A stretch of DNA of 64,000 nt from NCBI GenBank assembly GCA_947085265.1, contig CAMTVR010000012.1, forward strand, positions 348,912 to 412,911. The letters are read 5' to 3'. Position numbers and translations under genes: made by a program. This DNA comes from an uncultured Bacillus sp. (GTDB lineage Bacteria > Bacillota > Bacilli > ZCTH02-B2). Below the pieces are notes generated by a model. That model was not told the DNA's origin. It saw only the letters and a program-made list of their open reading frames with translations, and did no database searches. Every line of letters starts with the position of its first letter. The first letter of the stretch is position 1. Shown piece after piece: positions 38,915 to 48,176 of this stretch.

Positions 38915-39232
38915 TTACCCTAACGAATACCTCATGCGATATAGCTCCACCAAATGGGAATATTTCCCCTTGCGGTGATCGATGGATTCCTGAAGTTCAA
39001 AGACGACTTCAATCGGCAAACCGCAAACCTTGGCAACATCCCAATATGTCATTTGGCTGGTGGGGTTGACGAGCAGTGAAATGGCCTTTAATTCTTTCTC
39101 ATTTCCGTTTGCCAACTGCTCTTTGCAGGCTCTGATAAATTCGCGCATTCTTTCCTCCGTCATGCTTCCCCCTCTTTCTAATTTATGGAATCCCATTTTA
39201 GAATATTTGAGCTTGCAAGAAAGCGTTTTCAA
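38915..39232 (-). CDS. hypothetical small protein
   Basis: The likely start is 'MTEERMREFIRA'. No motif was recognised. Confidence 0.35.
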   Translation of the reverse strand: MKTLSCKLKYSKMGFHKLERGGSMTEERMREFIRACKEQLANGNEKELKAISLLVNPTSQMTYWDVAKVCGLPIEVVFELQESIDHRKGKYSHLVELYRMRYSLG

Positions 39233-39388
39233 TTCAATTTTTAAAAATAATCACTATCTAGCTCTTCATTTCTTTATTTCTCGCTGATATACATTACATA
39301 TCATTTTTTTCGGGGCTCTGTCAATCATCAAAAGGCATCAGCAGAAAATGGAAAGGGGAAGAGAGCTGTCTCTTCCCCCTCGATCAAT

Positions 39389-39655
39389 TTATTGGATATT
39401 TTGTTGTGCCTGAGCCAATTGTTGCTGAACTTGTTGTAATTGTTGCTGGACTTGTTGAAATTCCTGGGCTTCTGCCTGATTCTGATTTTGCTGCATCTGC
39501 TGCGCTTGCTGCAATTGTTGTTGTGCCAGTTGCAACTGCTGCTGCGCCTGTTGCAACTGTTGCGGGTTGTTCATCATCTGGGCTCGTTGCACGGCTTGCT
39601 GTGCCTGTTGTGCTGCAGCCTTCACCTGTTGTAATTGCTGTTGCGCATTGGTCAC
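39389..39655 (-). CDS. glutamine-rich low-complexity small protein (~87 aa, ~50% Gln)
   Basis: A GTG start is preceded by GAGGAGG. The sequence is 'MTNAQQQLQQVKAAAQQAQQAVQRAQ...QQQLAQAQQNIQ'. A hairpin terminator 'GGGGAAGAGAGCUGUCUCUUCCCC' follows the gene. Confidence 0.5.
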   Translation of the reverse strand: MTNAQQQLQQVKAAAQQAQQAVQRAQMMNNPQQLQQAQQQLQLAQQQLQQAQQMQQNQNQAEAQEFQQVQQQLQQVQQQLAQAQQNIQ

Positions 39656-39805
39656 CTTGCAATGCCTCCTCGTTTTCAGTCTTGTCGGGGTACGTCCCAA
39701 CATGAATTAAAATGCGCTCCCTGCTTGATCTTTATACTTGCTATTGTCAAAAGCGGCGCAAGATGGTAATAAACAGCTAAACCCGTATCAACACAAGGAG
39801 GCATC

Positions 39806-40543
39806 ATGCAACGATATTTTGTCAAGCCGGAACAAATGTCGAATCATACTGTCGCGATCGAAGGAGATGACGTGGCCCATATCACTCGCGTCATGCGCAT
39901 GCGTAAAGGCGATCAAATCATCTGCAGCAACGGCCAGGGACGCGATGTATTGGCGGAAATTGATTCGGTTCAAGGACAAATGGTCTTGGCTAAGATTCTT
40001 GAAGAACTGCCTGCTGATCGGGAGCTGCCAGTTCATGTCACCATCGCTCAAAGCCTTCCGAAAGGAGAAAAGATGGATTGGATTGTGCAAAAATCCACCG
40101 AACTGGGAGCCAGATGTATCATCCCGTTTATATCGGCACGGACGGTTGTCCAATGGGATGCTTCAAAAATCAGCAAACGACTCCATCGTTGGCGACGGAT
40201 TGCCAAAGAGGCGGCCGAGCAATCGCAACGCAGTATCCTCCCAATCATCGAAACGCCGGTGGACTGGAGCCAACTGATCGCCAAAAGCCGCGAAATGAAT
40301 CTTGTGATGATCGCCTATGAAGGAGAGGGAACCACCCCTTTGAACAAGGTCCTTCCCGCTTGCCAGCCAGGAGGAAACATTTTGTTGGTCATCGGTCCGG
40401 AGGGTGGATTTGAACCAGAGGAAGTGGAAATAGCAATGGCCAGTGGGATGAAAGCCGTCTCACTCGGCAGAAGAATCTTGCGCACCGAAACCGCATCGTT
40501 GTACGGACTGGCCGCCATCTCTTATCACTTTGAGCGGGATTAG
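39806..40543 (+). CDS. rsmE: 16S rRNA (uracil1498-N3)-methyltransferase
   Basis: 245 aa with PUA-like N-terminus and a SPOUT C-terminus ending in 'GPEGGF...LGRRILRTETA'. Confidence 0.88.
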   Translation: MQRYFVKPEQMSNHTVAIEGDDVAHITRVMRMRKGDQIICSNGQGRDVLAEIDSVQGQMVLAKILEELPADRELPVHVTIAQSLPKGEKMDWIVQKSTELGARCIIPFISARTVVQWDASKISKRLHRWRRIAKEAAEQSQRSILPIIETPVDWSQLIAKSREMNLVMIAYEGEGTTPLNKVLPACQPGGNILLVIGPEGGFEPEEVEIAMASGMKAVSLGRRILRTETASLYGLAAISYHFERD

Positions 40544-40611
40544 CAGTCATTGAAACCTTAGAACTCCTCATCTATAATCCAAGTGGGTACGTTAGATCGG
40601 AGGGAAGCGGT

Positions 40612-42549
40612 TTGAATCAGACGGGCTTGCCGCATTATGTCATCGGAACAGCCGGTCACATTGACCACGGAAAAACGACACTGACACAAATTTTGACCGG
40701 CGTGAATACGGATCGTCTCAAAGAAGAAAAAGAAAGATCCATCTCGATTGAATTGGGTTTCGCCCCCTTGCAACTCCCTGGTGGCGGACAGGTATCTATC
40801 GTAGACGTCCCAGGACATGAGCGCTTTATTCGCCACATGGTATCCGGGGTCGGAGGCATGGATCTGGTGTTATTGGTCATCGCGGCGGATGAAGGCATCA
40901 TGCCGCAAACCAGGGAACATGTGCAAATCGTGGAACTGCTCGGCGTTCAACACGGGATCATCGTGATCAATAAAGCGGACCTTGTGGATGAGGAACTGTT
41001 GGAACTGGTATGCGAAGACGTGCGGGAACAGATGCAGGGAACCATGTTTGCCGATGCGCCCATGCAGCCTGTGTCCAGTGTCACCGGAGAAGGAATCGAA
41101 GCGCTTAAACATCTCATCCAGCAAGAACTGCAAAAAGTGACGCCACGGCCGGTGACGGGCTATACGTTTCATCCGCTGGATCGCGTCTTCACCTTAAAAG
41201 GTATCGGCACCGTTGTCACCGGTACCATTTACTCCGGTGCGATCAACGTCGGGGATGAGTTAGAACTGATGCCCAAGCGGAAAAAAGTGCGGGTTCGCAG
41301 CATCCAAGTCCATGGTCATGCTGTGAAACAGGCGGTGGCCGGGCAACGGGCCGCGCTGAACATCACTGGCGTTGAACTGGAGGAAGTCCAGCGCGGGGAC
41401 ACGTTGGTCACGCTTGGCCAATGGGAACCGACAGAACGGCTGGACATTGAGCTCCACTATCTCAAAGATCTGGATTTTGCGATGAAACACAACAGCCCTG
41501 TCAAACTCCACATCGGCACGAGTGAAGTGTCTGCCAGATTGATTCTCTATGATCGAAAAATCTTGCAACCCGGCGATACGGTTCTCTGCCAACTTGCCCT
41601 GGCTGAGCCCATTGTGGCCAGCAGAAAACAGCGATTTATCCTTCGCCGTTCGACGCCAGCCATCACCGTCGGCGGCGGCTGGATCTTGGATCCCCACCCA
41701 CCGCGCCATAAGCACCGCATAGAAACAATCCGGCTTCTGGAACAAAAGAGCAAAGGGAGTACACTAGAACTGATCCTGCAACAGCTAGAAATCTTGCAGA
41801 TCGCAACACTTGATGAATTGAGTCGGCAATTGCAAATTCCAAAGCCAGAATTGGAAGAACCGCTTCGCCAGCTGCTGAAAAACGAACAAATACAAGGCCT
41901 TATTTCGGATGACGAAACCTTCTATATAACGACTGGCCATTTGACCGCCCGCGAAAACGAATTGCGAGGCTATCTGGAGCAATATCACAACACCTATCCG
42001 CTGCGCAGCGGCGCTCCCAAAATGGAGACCGTGCAAAAGCTTCTCCCAAGTTGGAAACCAAAAGCGGTACAGGCGTTTCTTCAAGAAATGGAAAATCGAC
42101 AACAAATTAAAACCCTCGGTCAATCGATTCACCTTTCTGCTTTTCGTCCACAGCTCACTCCGAAATTACAGGCGACCGTCGAACAATTATTGTCACGCCT
42201 CAAGGAACAAGGGTTGACACCCGAAGACTGGGATACATTGTGCGAGCAATTCCATGTTCAAGGAACTTTGCGCGAAGAGCTTCGCAACTTCTTGGAAGAG
42301 ACGGGCGAATTGATCAAAATGACCGAAAAGTTTTCCGTGCATCGGGAAGCTTATCAAGCAGCCACCCGGCAATTAATTGATAGGCATACAGGAGGGGAAT
42401 CTTTTACTGTTCAGGACATTAAGGAACTGTTTCCTCTCTCGCGCAAATACCTCATCCCGCTGCTCGAAAAGTGGGATGATCAGAAAATCACCCTCCAACA
42501 AGCAGACAAATCTCGTGTTGTTCACCCGTCACAACGGCCAACGGGTTGA
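40612..42549 (+). CDS. selB: selenocysteine-specific translation elongation factor
   Basis: The GTPase motifs are 'GTAGHIDHGKTTL', 'DVPGHERF' and 'NKADL'. A long C-terminal winged-helix region follows. Total length is about 640 aa. Confidence 0.88.
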   Translation: MNQTGLPHYVIGTAGHIDHGKTTLTQILTGVNTDRLKEEKERSISIELGFAPLQLPGGGQVSIVDVPGHERFIRHMVSGVGGMDLVLLVIAADEGIMPQTREHVQIVELLGVQHGIIVINKADLVDEELLELVCEDVREQMQGTMFADAPMQPVSSVTGEGIEALKHLIQQELQKVTPRPVTGYTFHPLDRVFTLKGIGTVVTGTIYSGAINVGDELELMPKRKKVRVRSIQVHGHAVKQAVAGQRAALNITGVELEEVQRGDTLVTLGQWEPTERLDIELHYLKDLDFAMKHNSPVKLHIGTSEVSARLILYDRKILQPGDTVLCQLALAEPIVASRKQRFILRRSTPAITVGGGWILDPHPPRHKHRIETIRLLEQKSKGSTLELILQQLEILQIATLDELSRQLQIPKPELEEPLRQLLKNEQIQGLISDDETFYITTGHLTARENELRGYLEQYHNTYPLRSGAPKMETVQKLLPSWKPKAVQAFLQEMENRQQIKTLGQSIHLSAFRPQLTPKLQATVEQLLSRLKEQGLTPEDWDTLCEQFHVQGTLREELRNFLEETGELIKMTEKFSVHREAYQAATRQLIDRHTGGESFTVQDIKELFPLSRKYLIPLLEKWDDQKITLQQADKSRVVHPSQRPTG

Positions 42550-42604
42550 TGTCAATGCGCCAAAACCACTCCCCCATCGGTACAGGGAAGTGGTTTTGGC
42601 ATCG

Positions 42605-43153
42605 TTACCTGACAAAATAAGGTGAGAAGAGAATGGCTCCTAAAACGGCCAACCCACCTAAAACCATGGCCCATAACCCCAATCTCTGAGCACCCTGACG
42701 ATATCCAAAAAACCCAAAAGCGACGCCGGCTATGCCAAGCAGAATCGGGTAGATAAAGAAGGCCAAAATAGATAATACAAGTCCGGTCCACCCCAACCCT
42801 TGACCACCAACGCCTTCTTCATCCCGTTCCTCATCGCGGGATGGCTCCGGTTTCTGACGTTGCTCCCCGCCTAATGCTGGATCGGGCAATGCGGGTGTGA
42901 CTTCATTCGCAACTTCAATATCTGGTTGTTCGTTTTGCGCCTGTTCCCGCCGCTCCAACCTGTTTTCTGATGAAGTCCTGTTCTGTTCTGTCAACGCATT
43001 CCCCCCGGCAACAACGCCATGGGTCACTACTTTCATACGATGATCCAGATTATCCTTTTGCACCGGCTCTTCTTGAACAAGTTCTGAAGCCTGAATCGAT
43101 TCATTCAGGTTGCTGGTAATGCGTTCCTGGTCCGATTCATTCCGCTCTGTCAC
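42605..43153 (-). CDS. membrane protein with acidic N-terminal region and C-terminal DUF4190-like TM hairpin
   Basis: A low-complexity D/E/Q-rich N-terminus is followed by two C-terminal TM helices. Confidence 0.4.
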   Translation of the reverse strand: MTERNESDQERITSNLNESIQASELVQEEPVQKDNLDHRMKVVTHGVVAGGNALTEQNRTSSENRLERREQAQNEQPDIEVANEVTPALPDPALGGEQRQKPEPSRDEERDEEGVGGQGLGWTGLVLSILAFFIYPILLGIAGVAFGFFGYRQGAQRLGLWAMVLGGLAVLGAILFSPYFVR

Positions 43154-43442
43154 CAGGTTAACCCCCCTTCTTTCGACGGGTCTTCATTTTATTGACCCGT
43201 CCTTAGTATGAGAAGAAATGTACCGCTTTATTGTTCATGAAATATGTCAGGGGAACCGGGAAACGCATAATCAGCAAATTACCTGGAGAAAATGATGCAG
43301 GAGACGAATCTTGACAGCTTATGTCGATTTTCTTTAGTATGAAGATAAAGAAATTGATAAGACCTGCCTTATCATAGAAGGATTTTTTTCAAGCGCAACG
43401 AATAAGTAGTATGTGTGAGAAAACCAAAGGGGGAAATCATTC

Positions 43443-43682
43443 ATGGCTTTTGTCATTACATCACCATGTATCGGGGTAAAAGAAGCGGCTTGTGTGGATG
43501 TATGTCCAGTTGATGCCATTCATGAAGGAGAAGACCAGTACTATATTGATCCAGATGTCTGCATCGATTGCGGAGCTTGCGAGGTAGAATGCCCCGTCAA
43601 CGCGATTTACATGGAGGACTTCGTCCCTGAGGAGGACAAGCATTTTATCCAAAAGAATGCCGACTTTTTCAAAAACCGTTAA
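43443..43682 (+). CDS. fer: 7Fe ferredoxin ([3Fe-4S][4Fe-4S])
   Basis: The Cys motifs are 'CIGVKEAACVDVCP' and 'CIDCGACEVECP'. A TTGACA-18-TAGTAT promoter lies upstream. Confidence 0.88.
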   Translation: MAFVITSPCIGVKEAACVDVCPVDAIHEGEDQYYIDPDVCIDCGACEVECPVNAIYMEDFVPEEDKHFIQKNADFFKNR

Positions 43683-43769
43683 TGCTGAAATCCCCTACAA
43701 AGAAAATATGGAAAAAGCCGGATATTTTCCGGCTTTTTCCTTTACCCGAAACATCTATCCTTACCACAG

Positions 43770-44849
43770 GTGATTCTGAATATGATTCGAGAAGTCACAC
43801 CAGCTGAAGCACTTGCACAACCCCATCTGCGTTGGTTCGACGTCCGTTCCCCGCAAGAGGTTCAGGAAAGCCCCGTTCCCCTAGCGCATCATGTGCCTCT
43901 TTTCAAGGACGAGGAACGAGCTGCCGTTGGCCTGACCTATGCCCGCCAAGGTCAGGAAGCGGCGATTCAAAAAGGGGTTGAAATCGTCGCCCCGAAAATC
44001 CCGGCGATCATCCAAACGATCCAGTCCAGTCTCAAGCCGCATGAAGAACCGCTGATCTTCTGTTGGCGCGGCGGCATGCGCAGCAAGGCGGTCGCCACGT
44101 TTCTTGACCTTGTGGGTATCCGTGTCTGGCGTCTTGAAGGAGGGTACCGCGCTTATCGGAAACTGGTGGTACAGTTTTTGGAAGATCCCTCCTCATACCC
44201 TCATTTTCTCGTTCTTCACGGAATGACCGGCGTTGGAAAAACCATGCTCATCCAGCGTTTGCAAGAGGATGGCTATCCTGTCATCGACCTGGAGGATCTC
44301 GCGCAGCATCGCGGTTCGGCCTTTGGCACGATTGGCAATCTGCAGCCTCGGAATCAGCGGGCGTTTGATGCTTTCTTGTTTCACGCATTGCGTTCGCTTT
44401 CCGGTGCCCCACTCTGTATCATCGAAGGAGAAGGAAAACGGATTGGCAAAGTGACCATCCCCAATGCGATGATGGAAGCCAAAATCCACGGGACTCACTT
44501 GCTTTTACACGCCAGCACTCCGGTAAGGGTTCAGCGAATCCTCCAAATGTATACCCAAGCGGCAACCGATATGGAACATTTCCACGCTGAAGTCAAACAA
44601 GCCATTTCACGGATTGAAAAAAAGCTGACACCCACCGTGCGAGCAGAGCTGTATGAGGCATTGGACAAGCGTTCCTATCCGAACGTGGTGGAACTCTGTC
44701 TTCGTCATTACTACGATCCCCGTTACCAGCATTCCATCAAAAAGTATTCGGACTCGTTTCATCCGGTGTCAGCCGACGATTTCGACCAGGCGCTGCAAAC
44801 CATCAAGGACATCTATCTTCAGTATGCCTCAACTCCGGTGACAACATGA
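43770..44849 (+). CDS. mnmH: tRNA 2-selenouridine synthase (MnmH/SelU)
   Basis: The rhodanese Cys loop is 'CWRGGMRS'. The P-loop is 'HGMTGVGKT'. The length is about 355 aa. Confidence 0.8.
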   Translation: MILNMIREVTPAEALAQPHLRWFDVRSPQEVQESPVPLAHHVPLFKDEERAAVGLTYARQGQEAAIQKGVEIVAPKIPAIIQTIQSSLKPHEEPLIFCWRGGMRSKAVATFLDLVGIRVWRLEGGYRAYRKLVVQFLEDPSSYPHFLVLHGMTGVGKTMLIQRLQEDGYPVIDLEDLAQHRGSAFGTIGNLQPRNQRAFDAFLFHALRSLSGAPLCIIEGEGKRIGKVTIPNAMMEAKIHGTHLLLHASTPVRVQRILQMYTQAATDMEHFHAEVKQAISRIEKKLTPTVRAELYEALDKRSYPNVVELCLRHYYDPRYQHSIKKYSDSFHPVSADDFDQALQTIKDIYLQYASTPVTT

Positions 44850-44867
44850 AACGATCGCGCGAAGCGG

Positions 44868-46058
44868 TTACAGCATTTCAACAATAACCGTAATCCCCTG
44901 TCCGCCGCCGATGCACAACGAGGCTAAACCACGCTTCGCCTGCCGGCGTTTCAGTTCATAAATCAAAGTCAACAGGACGCGGGCCCCGCTGGCTCCAACA
45001 GGATGGCCCAAGGCAATGGCTCCACCATTGACGTTGGTCTTGTTCCGATCCAAGCCCAATTCCTTTTCTACAGACAAATACTGGGCCGCAAATGCCTCGT
45101 TGATCTCCACCAAGTCCATGTCATCAATCGTCAATCCGGCTCTCTCGAGGGCGATTTTTGATGATTCCACCGGCCCGATACCCATGATCGTGGGCTCCAC
45201 ACCTGCCACCGCCCAAGAAACCAAACGCGCCAGGGGTTTTAATCCCTTCCGGGAGACATAGGAACCGCTGGCCACAACCAGTGCCGCCGCTCCATCGTTG
45301 ATCCCGCTGGCATTTCCTGCTGTCACGGTCCCATCACGCAAAAAAACCGGCTTCAGTTGGGCAAGCTTTTCCACTGTGGTGTCTGGTCGGATATGTTCAT
45401 CTTCAGCCACCACCGTCTCTTGCCCCTTGCGTCCCTTGACCGTAACGGGCACGATTTCCTCTGCCAGTTTGCCGCTTTCACGCGCACTGGCTGCCCGCAT
45501 ATGGCTTTCGTAGGCAAACTGATCCTGTTCCTCGCGGCTGATATGATACTTTTTGGCCAAATTTTCCGCCGTCACACCCATTCCTGTGCCACAGTACTCA
45601 TCGGTGAGAGCGGCTGTCAGCATATCATCCATCGTGGGACCGCCACCAAACCGAACATTGCGCAGCATGTAAGGTGACTGACTCATGCTCTCCGTTCCGC
45701 CAGCCAAACTGACATGAGACTCCCCCAGGCGGATGCTCTGGGCTGCCGAGACCACCGCCTGAAGCCCCGAACCGCACAACCGATTGACGGTCAACGCCGG
45801 CGCTTGAATCGGCAAACCCGCATTTAAAGCGATATGACGGGCGACATAGGGAGAGTTGGTCGAAGAATGAATGACATTTCCAAACACCGCGTTATCGATT
45901 TCTTCGGCGGGAATCCCAGCCCGCGCAATGGCACCCTTGCTGGCCACCACACCCAATTCCGTCGAACTCACATCCTTGAGCGAACCACCATACGAACCAA
46001 AAGGTGTTCGTGCGCCTGAGACAATCAAAACCTCTTCCATCCTGTCCCTCCATTCCAT
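44868..46058 (-). CDS. acetyl-CoA C-acetyltransferase (thiolase II)
   Basis: The catalytic Cys is in 'NRLCGSGLQAV'. The C-terminus has 'GHPVGASGAR' and 'CIGGGQG'. The probable start is 'MEEVLIVSG' at 46031. Confidence 0.9.
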   Translation of the reverse strand: MEWRDRMEEVLIVSGARTPFGSYGGSLKDVSSTELGVVASKGAIARAGIPAEEIDNAVFGNVIHSSTNSPYVARHIALNAGLPIQAPALTVNRLCGSGLQAVVSAAQSIRLGESHVSLAGGTESMSQSPYMLRNVRFGGGPTMDDMLTAALTDEYCGTGMGVTAENLAKKYHISREEQDQFAYESHMRAASARESGKLAEEIVPVTVKGRKGQETVVAEDEHIRPDTTVEKLAQLKPVFLRDGTVTAGNASGINDGAAALVVASGSYVSRKGLKPLARLVSWAVAGVEPTIMGIGPVESSKIALERAGLTIDDMDLVEINEAFAAQYLSVEKELGLDRNKTNVNGGAIALGHPVGASGARVLLTLIYELKRRQAKRGLASLCIGGGQGITVIVEML

Positions 46059-46589
46059 CGGTCACATCGTTGTCGTTGATGAAAAAACGTTGATTTGATT
46101 CATGAAACAATGATACAAAGACGACACAAGACTGTTTCATCGTCCTTATACCAATTATACATAAATCCTCAGGATTTTCCCATTGCGTAGAAAGATGTGA
46201 CATCAGGACAAATTAAAAAAAAGCCTCCTCATCAGGAAGGCCTTGCTGACGCAACTTCCCACCATGCCGTCGTCTCAGTTGTTTCACGAACCTGCTCTCG
46301 CAGGTGGGTATCCGCAAGGCTGCTTCTGACGTCCTGACGCGCAGGCCTGCCATCGGCAACCTGATATAGGATTCCCTCGTGTCAATGTACGGTTCGAAAC
46401 AAAATGAGACTGACGCGCATCGCAGGATGCTGTTGTACTTGTATTTTAGCGAAATGATCGCGACATTGCAATGGAAAACCGCTGCCATTTTACCGGTTGT
46501 AAGACAGAGGACACAACAGACGACAGATCAAGGGGCATTGGACACGGCGAAATGATTCACAACAAACGATGAAATCAAGTTCACAAAAA

Positions 46590-47420
46590 TCATTCAATGT
46601 GGATCTTCATGATTCGCTGTTCCGCATCGCCAAAGGCATCCTGTACCTGCTCCAGCTGCTCGGCTGATTGGATGACGCTTGGTTTCAGCAGCCGGTACGG
46701 CAGTATAACGTGAAACGGCTGTGAAAAAGGAAACGGGTCAAGACAAAGACTATCTTTTCCATGCCATCGTACCTTGACGAAACGGACCTCCCCGGGGGAT
46801 GCCGGCATACCGATCTCCCCTTGCCCGAACCAAGATCCCCATGTATCTGGCGGGCTTCCTGGTGTCGTCATGCAGATCAACAGCGACAACAAATCCCACA
46901 ACCTTAAAAGCGAAAAATGGTGCTGCGTCCATTCATCCATTTGGCCATTTGGCAGGAGCCGGGCTGGTGTCGAGGTATGAGCCAGCTGCGTGACAAGACG
47001 CTTGCGTCTCTCCTCTTCCGCAATCAGATACATGCGTGCCTGCTCTTTTTGTACACCTTTTAACCAACGCATCGCATGAATAAAACCTGCGTAATGGAGG
47101 CTACACAATAGGGCGGCGTAAGCATTCCTGCGCTCTACCTCGTCCACCCCTAGCCGATAGATCTTGAGCCGCTCATCCAGCGGGTACGTGACAAAATCAT
47201 ACGGTTGACCGGCCGGATTCAGCCGGATTTCCCGATCGGCCTGCCGCCAGCCGCAGTCATGCATCCGCGTCGCCAAGATCACTGACTCACGGAACGGGGT
47301 TGAGAGAGGTTGAAAGGTTTCATTTCCCCAATAGGAGGCCATCTCTCCCGAGACCTGTGCATGGTCGTCCTGGGTAAAAAGATAGATCCCTTCCGCTGCG
47401 TGGCGTAAAATCATAGGCAC
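46590..47420 (-). CDS. DUF3891 family protein
   Basis: 276 aa. The domain assignment is from memory of the family architecture and is not certain. Confidence 0.4.
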   Translation of the reverse strand: MPMILRHAAEGIYLFTQDDHAQVSGEMASYWGNETFQPLSTPFRESVILATRMHDCGWRQADREIRLNPAGQPYDFVTYPLDERLKIYRLGVDEVERRNAYAALLCSLHYAGFIHAMRWLKGVQKEQARMYLIAEEERRKRLVTQLAHTSTPARLLPNGQMDEWTQHHFSLLRLWDLLSLLICMTTPGSPPDTWGSWFGQGEIGMPASPGEVRFVKVRWHGKDSLCLDPFPFSQPFHVILPYRLLKPSVIQSAEQLEQVQDAFGDAEQRIMKIHIE

Positions 47421-47517
47421 ACCCCGATTCTTTTTGCTGTCAGCGTCAAACCGTTCATCAATCTGTCACTCTTCTTCATTTTACAATGGATAGGGGCCAT
47501 GGTAAATTGAGTCTAGA

Positions 47518-48093
47518 GTGAAAGAGGCGAGCGTAATCCATGAAAGGGGTGCGCCAAGCATGAGATCCCGTCAACGTACGATCATCCTGCTTCTCTTACT
47601 GATCGGCACCGGATTGTCACTCTACCAGTTCGTCCTCTCAGACGATCTGATCGGCGCGCCATCGCGTCTGCCGCTGAAAGGTCACCTGGCGCCAGAATTC
47701 AAACTGGTCAACACAGAAGGTGAATCTGTGACATTAAAAGAACTGCAGGGAAAGCCTGTCCTTCTCAACTTTTGGGCTTCCTGGTGCGAACCTTGTCGAA
47801 TCGAGATGCCCGATCTGGTGGAAGCGGAAAAACGGTTCGGGGAACAAGTCCAGTTTGTCGGGATAAATCTGACCAAACAGGATACACGGGAAGGAGCCGA
47901 ACGTTTTCTTCAACAATACCAGGTTGCCTATCTGAACCTGTTTGACGAAAAAGGAAAAGCCGCCAAGCAATATCAGATCACCGGTATCCCAACCAGCTTT
48001 GTCCTTGACGAAACGGGACAGATTACTTATCGAAAGCAGGGACCGATGACCATGAAGGAAATTGAACAGGTTCTCTCTGAGGTCATCCATTGA
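47518..48093 (+). CDS. TlpA/ResA-like membrane-anchored thiol-disulfide oxidoreductase
   Basis: An N-terminal TM helix precedes 'LNFWASWCEPCRIEMP', the thioredoxin CxxC motif. Confidence 0.8.
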   Translation: MKEASVIHERGAPSMRSRQRTIILLLLLIGTGLSLYQFVLSDDLIGAPSRLPLKGHLAPEFKLVNTEGESVTLKELQGKPVLLNFWASWCEPCRIEMPDLVEAEKRFGEQVQFVGINLTKQDTREGAERFLQQYQVAYLNLFDEKGKAAKQYQITGIPTSFVLDETGQITYRKQGPMTMKEIEQVLSEVIH

Positions 48094-48176
48094 CACTCTC
48101 ACTATCAAAAAACGTGGAATTGTCGAGCAGCCCTCTCACATGAAAAGAATTCCCGGGTATTGGTGGATGAACATTT

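Noticed and set aside
36450-44849. selD or a selenoprotein gene within the sel locus
   Set aside because: No gap is large enough for an unannotated selD of about 1 kb. No same-frame ORF pair separated by TGA was found among the tracked ORFs. Both are therefore presumed to lie outside the window.
46213-46488. 91-aa ORF in the thiolase upstream spacer
   Set aside because: It reads through an intrinsic terminator hairpin. It has no RBS, and its composition is non-protein-like. The region is more likely RNA or regulatory (see finding).
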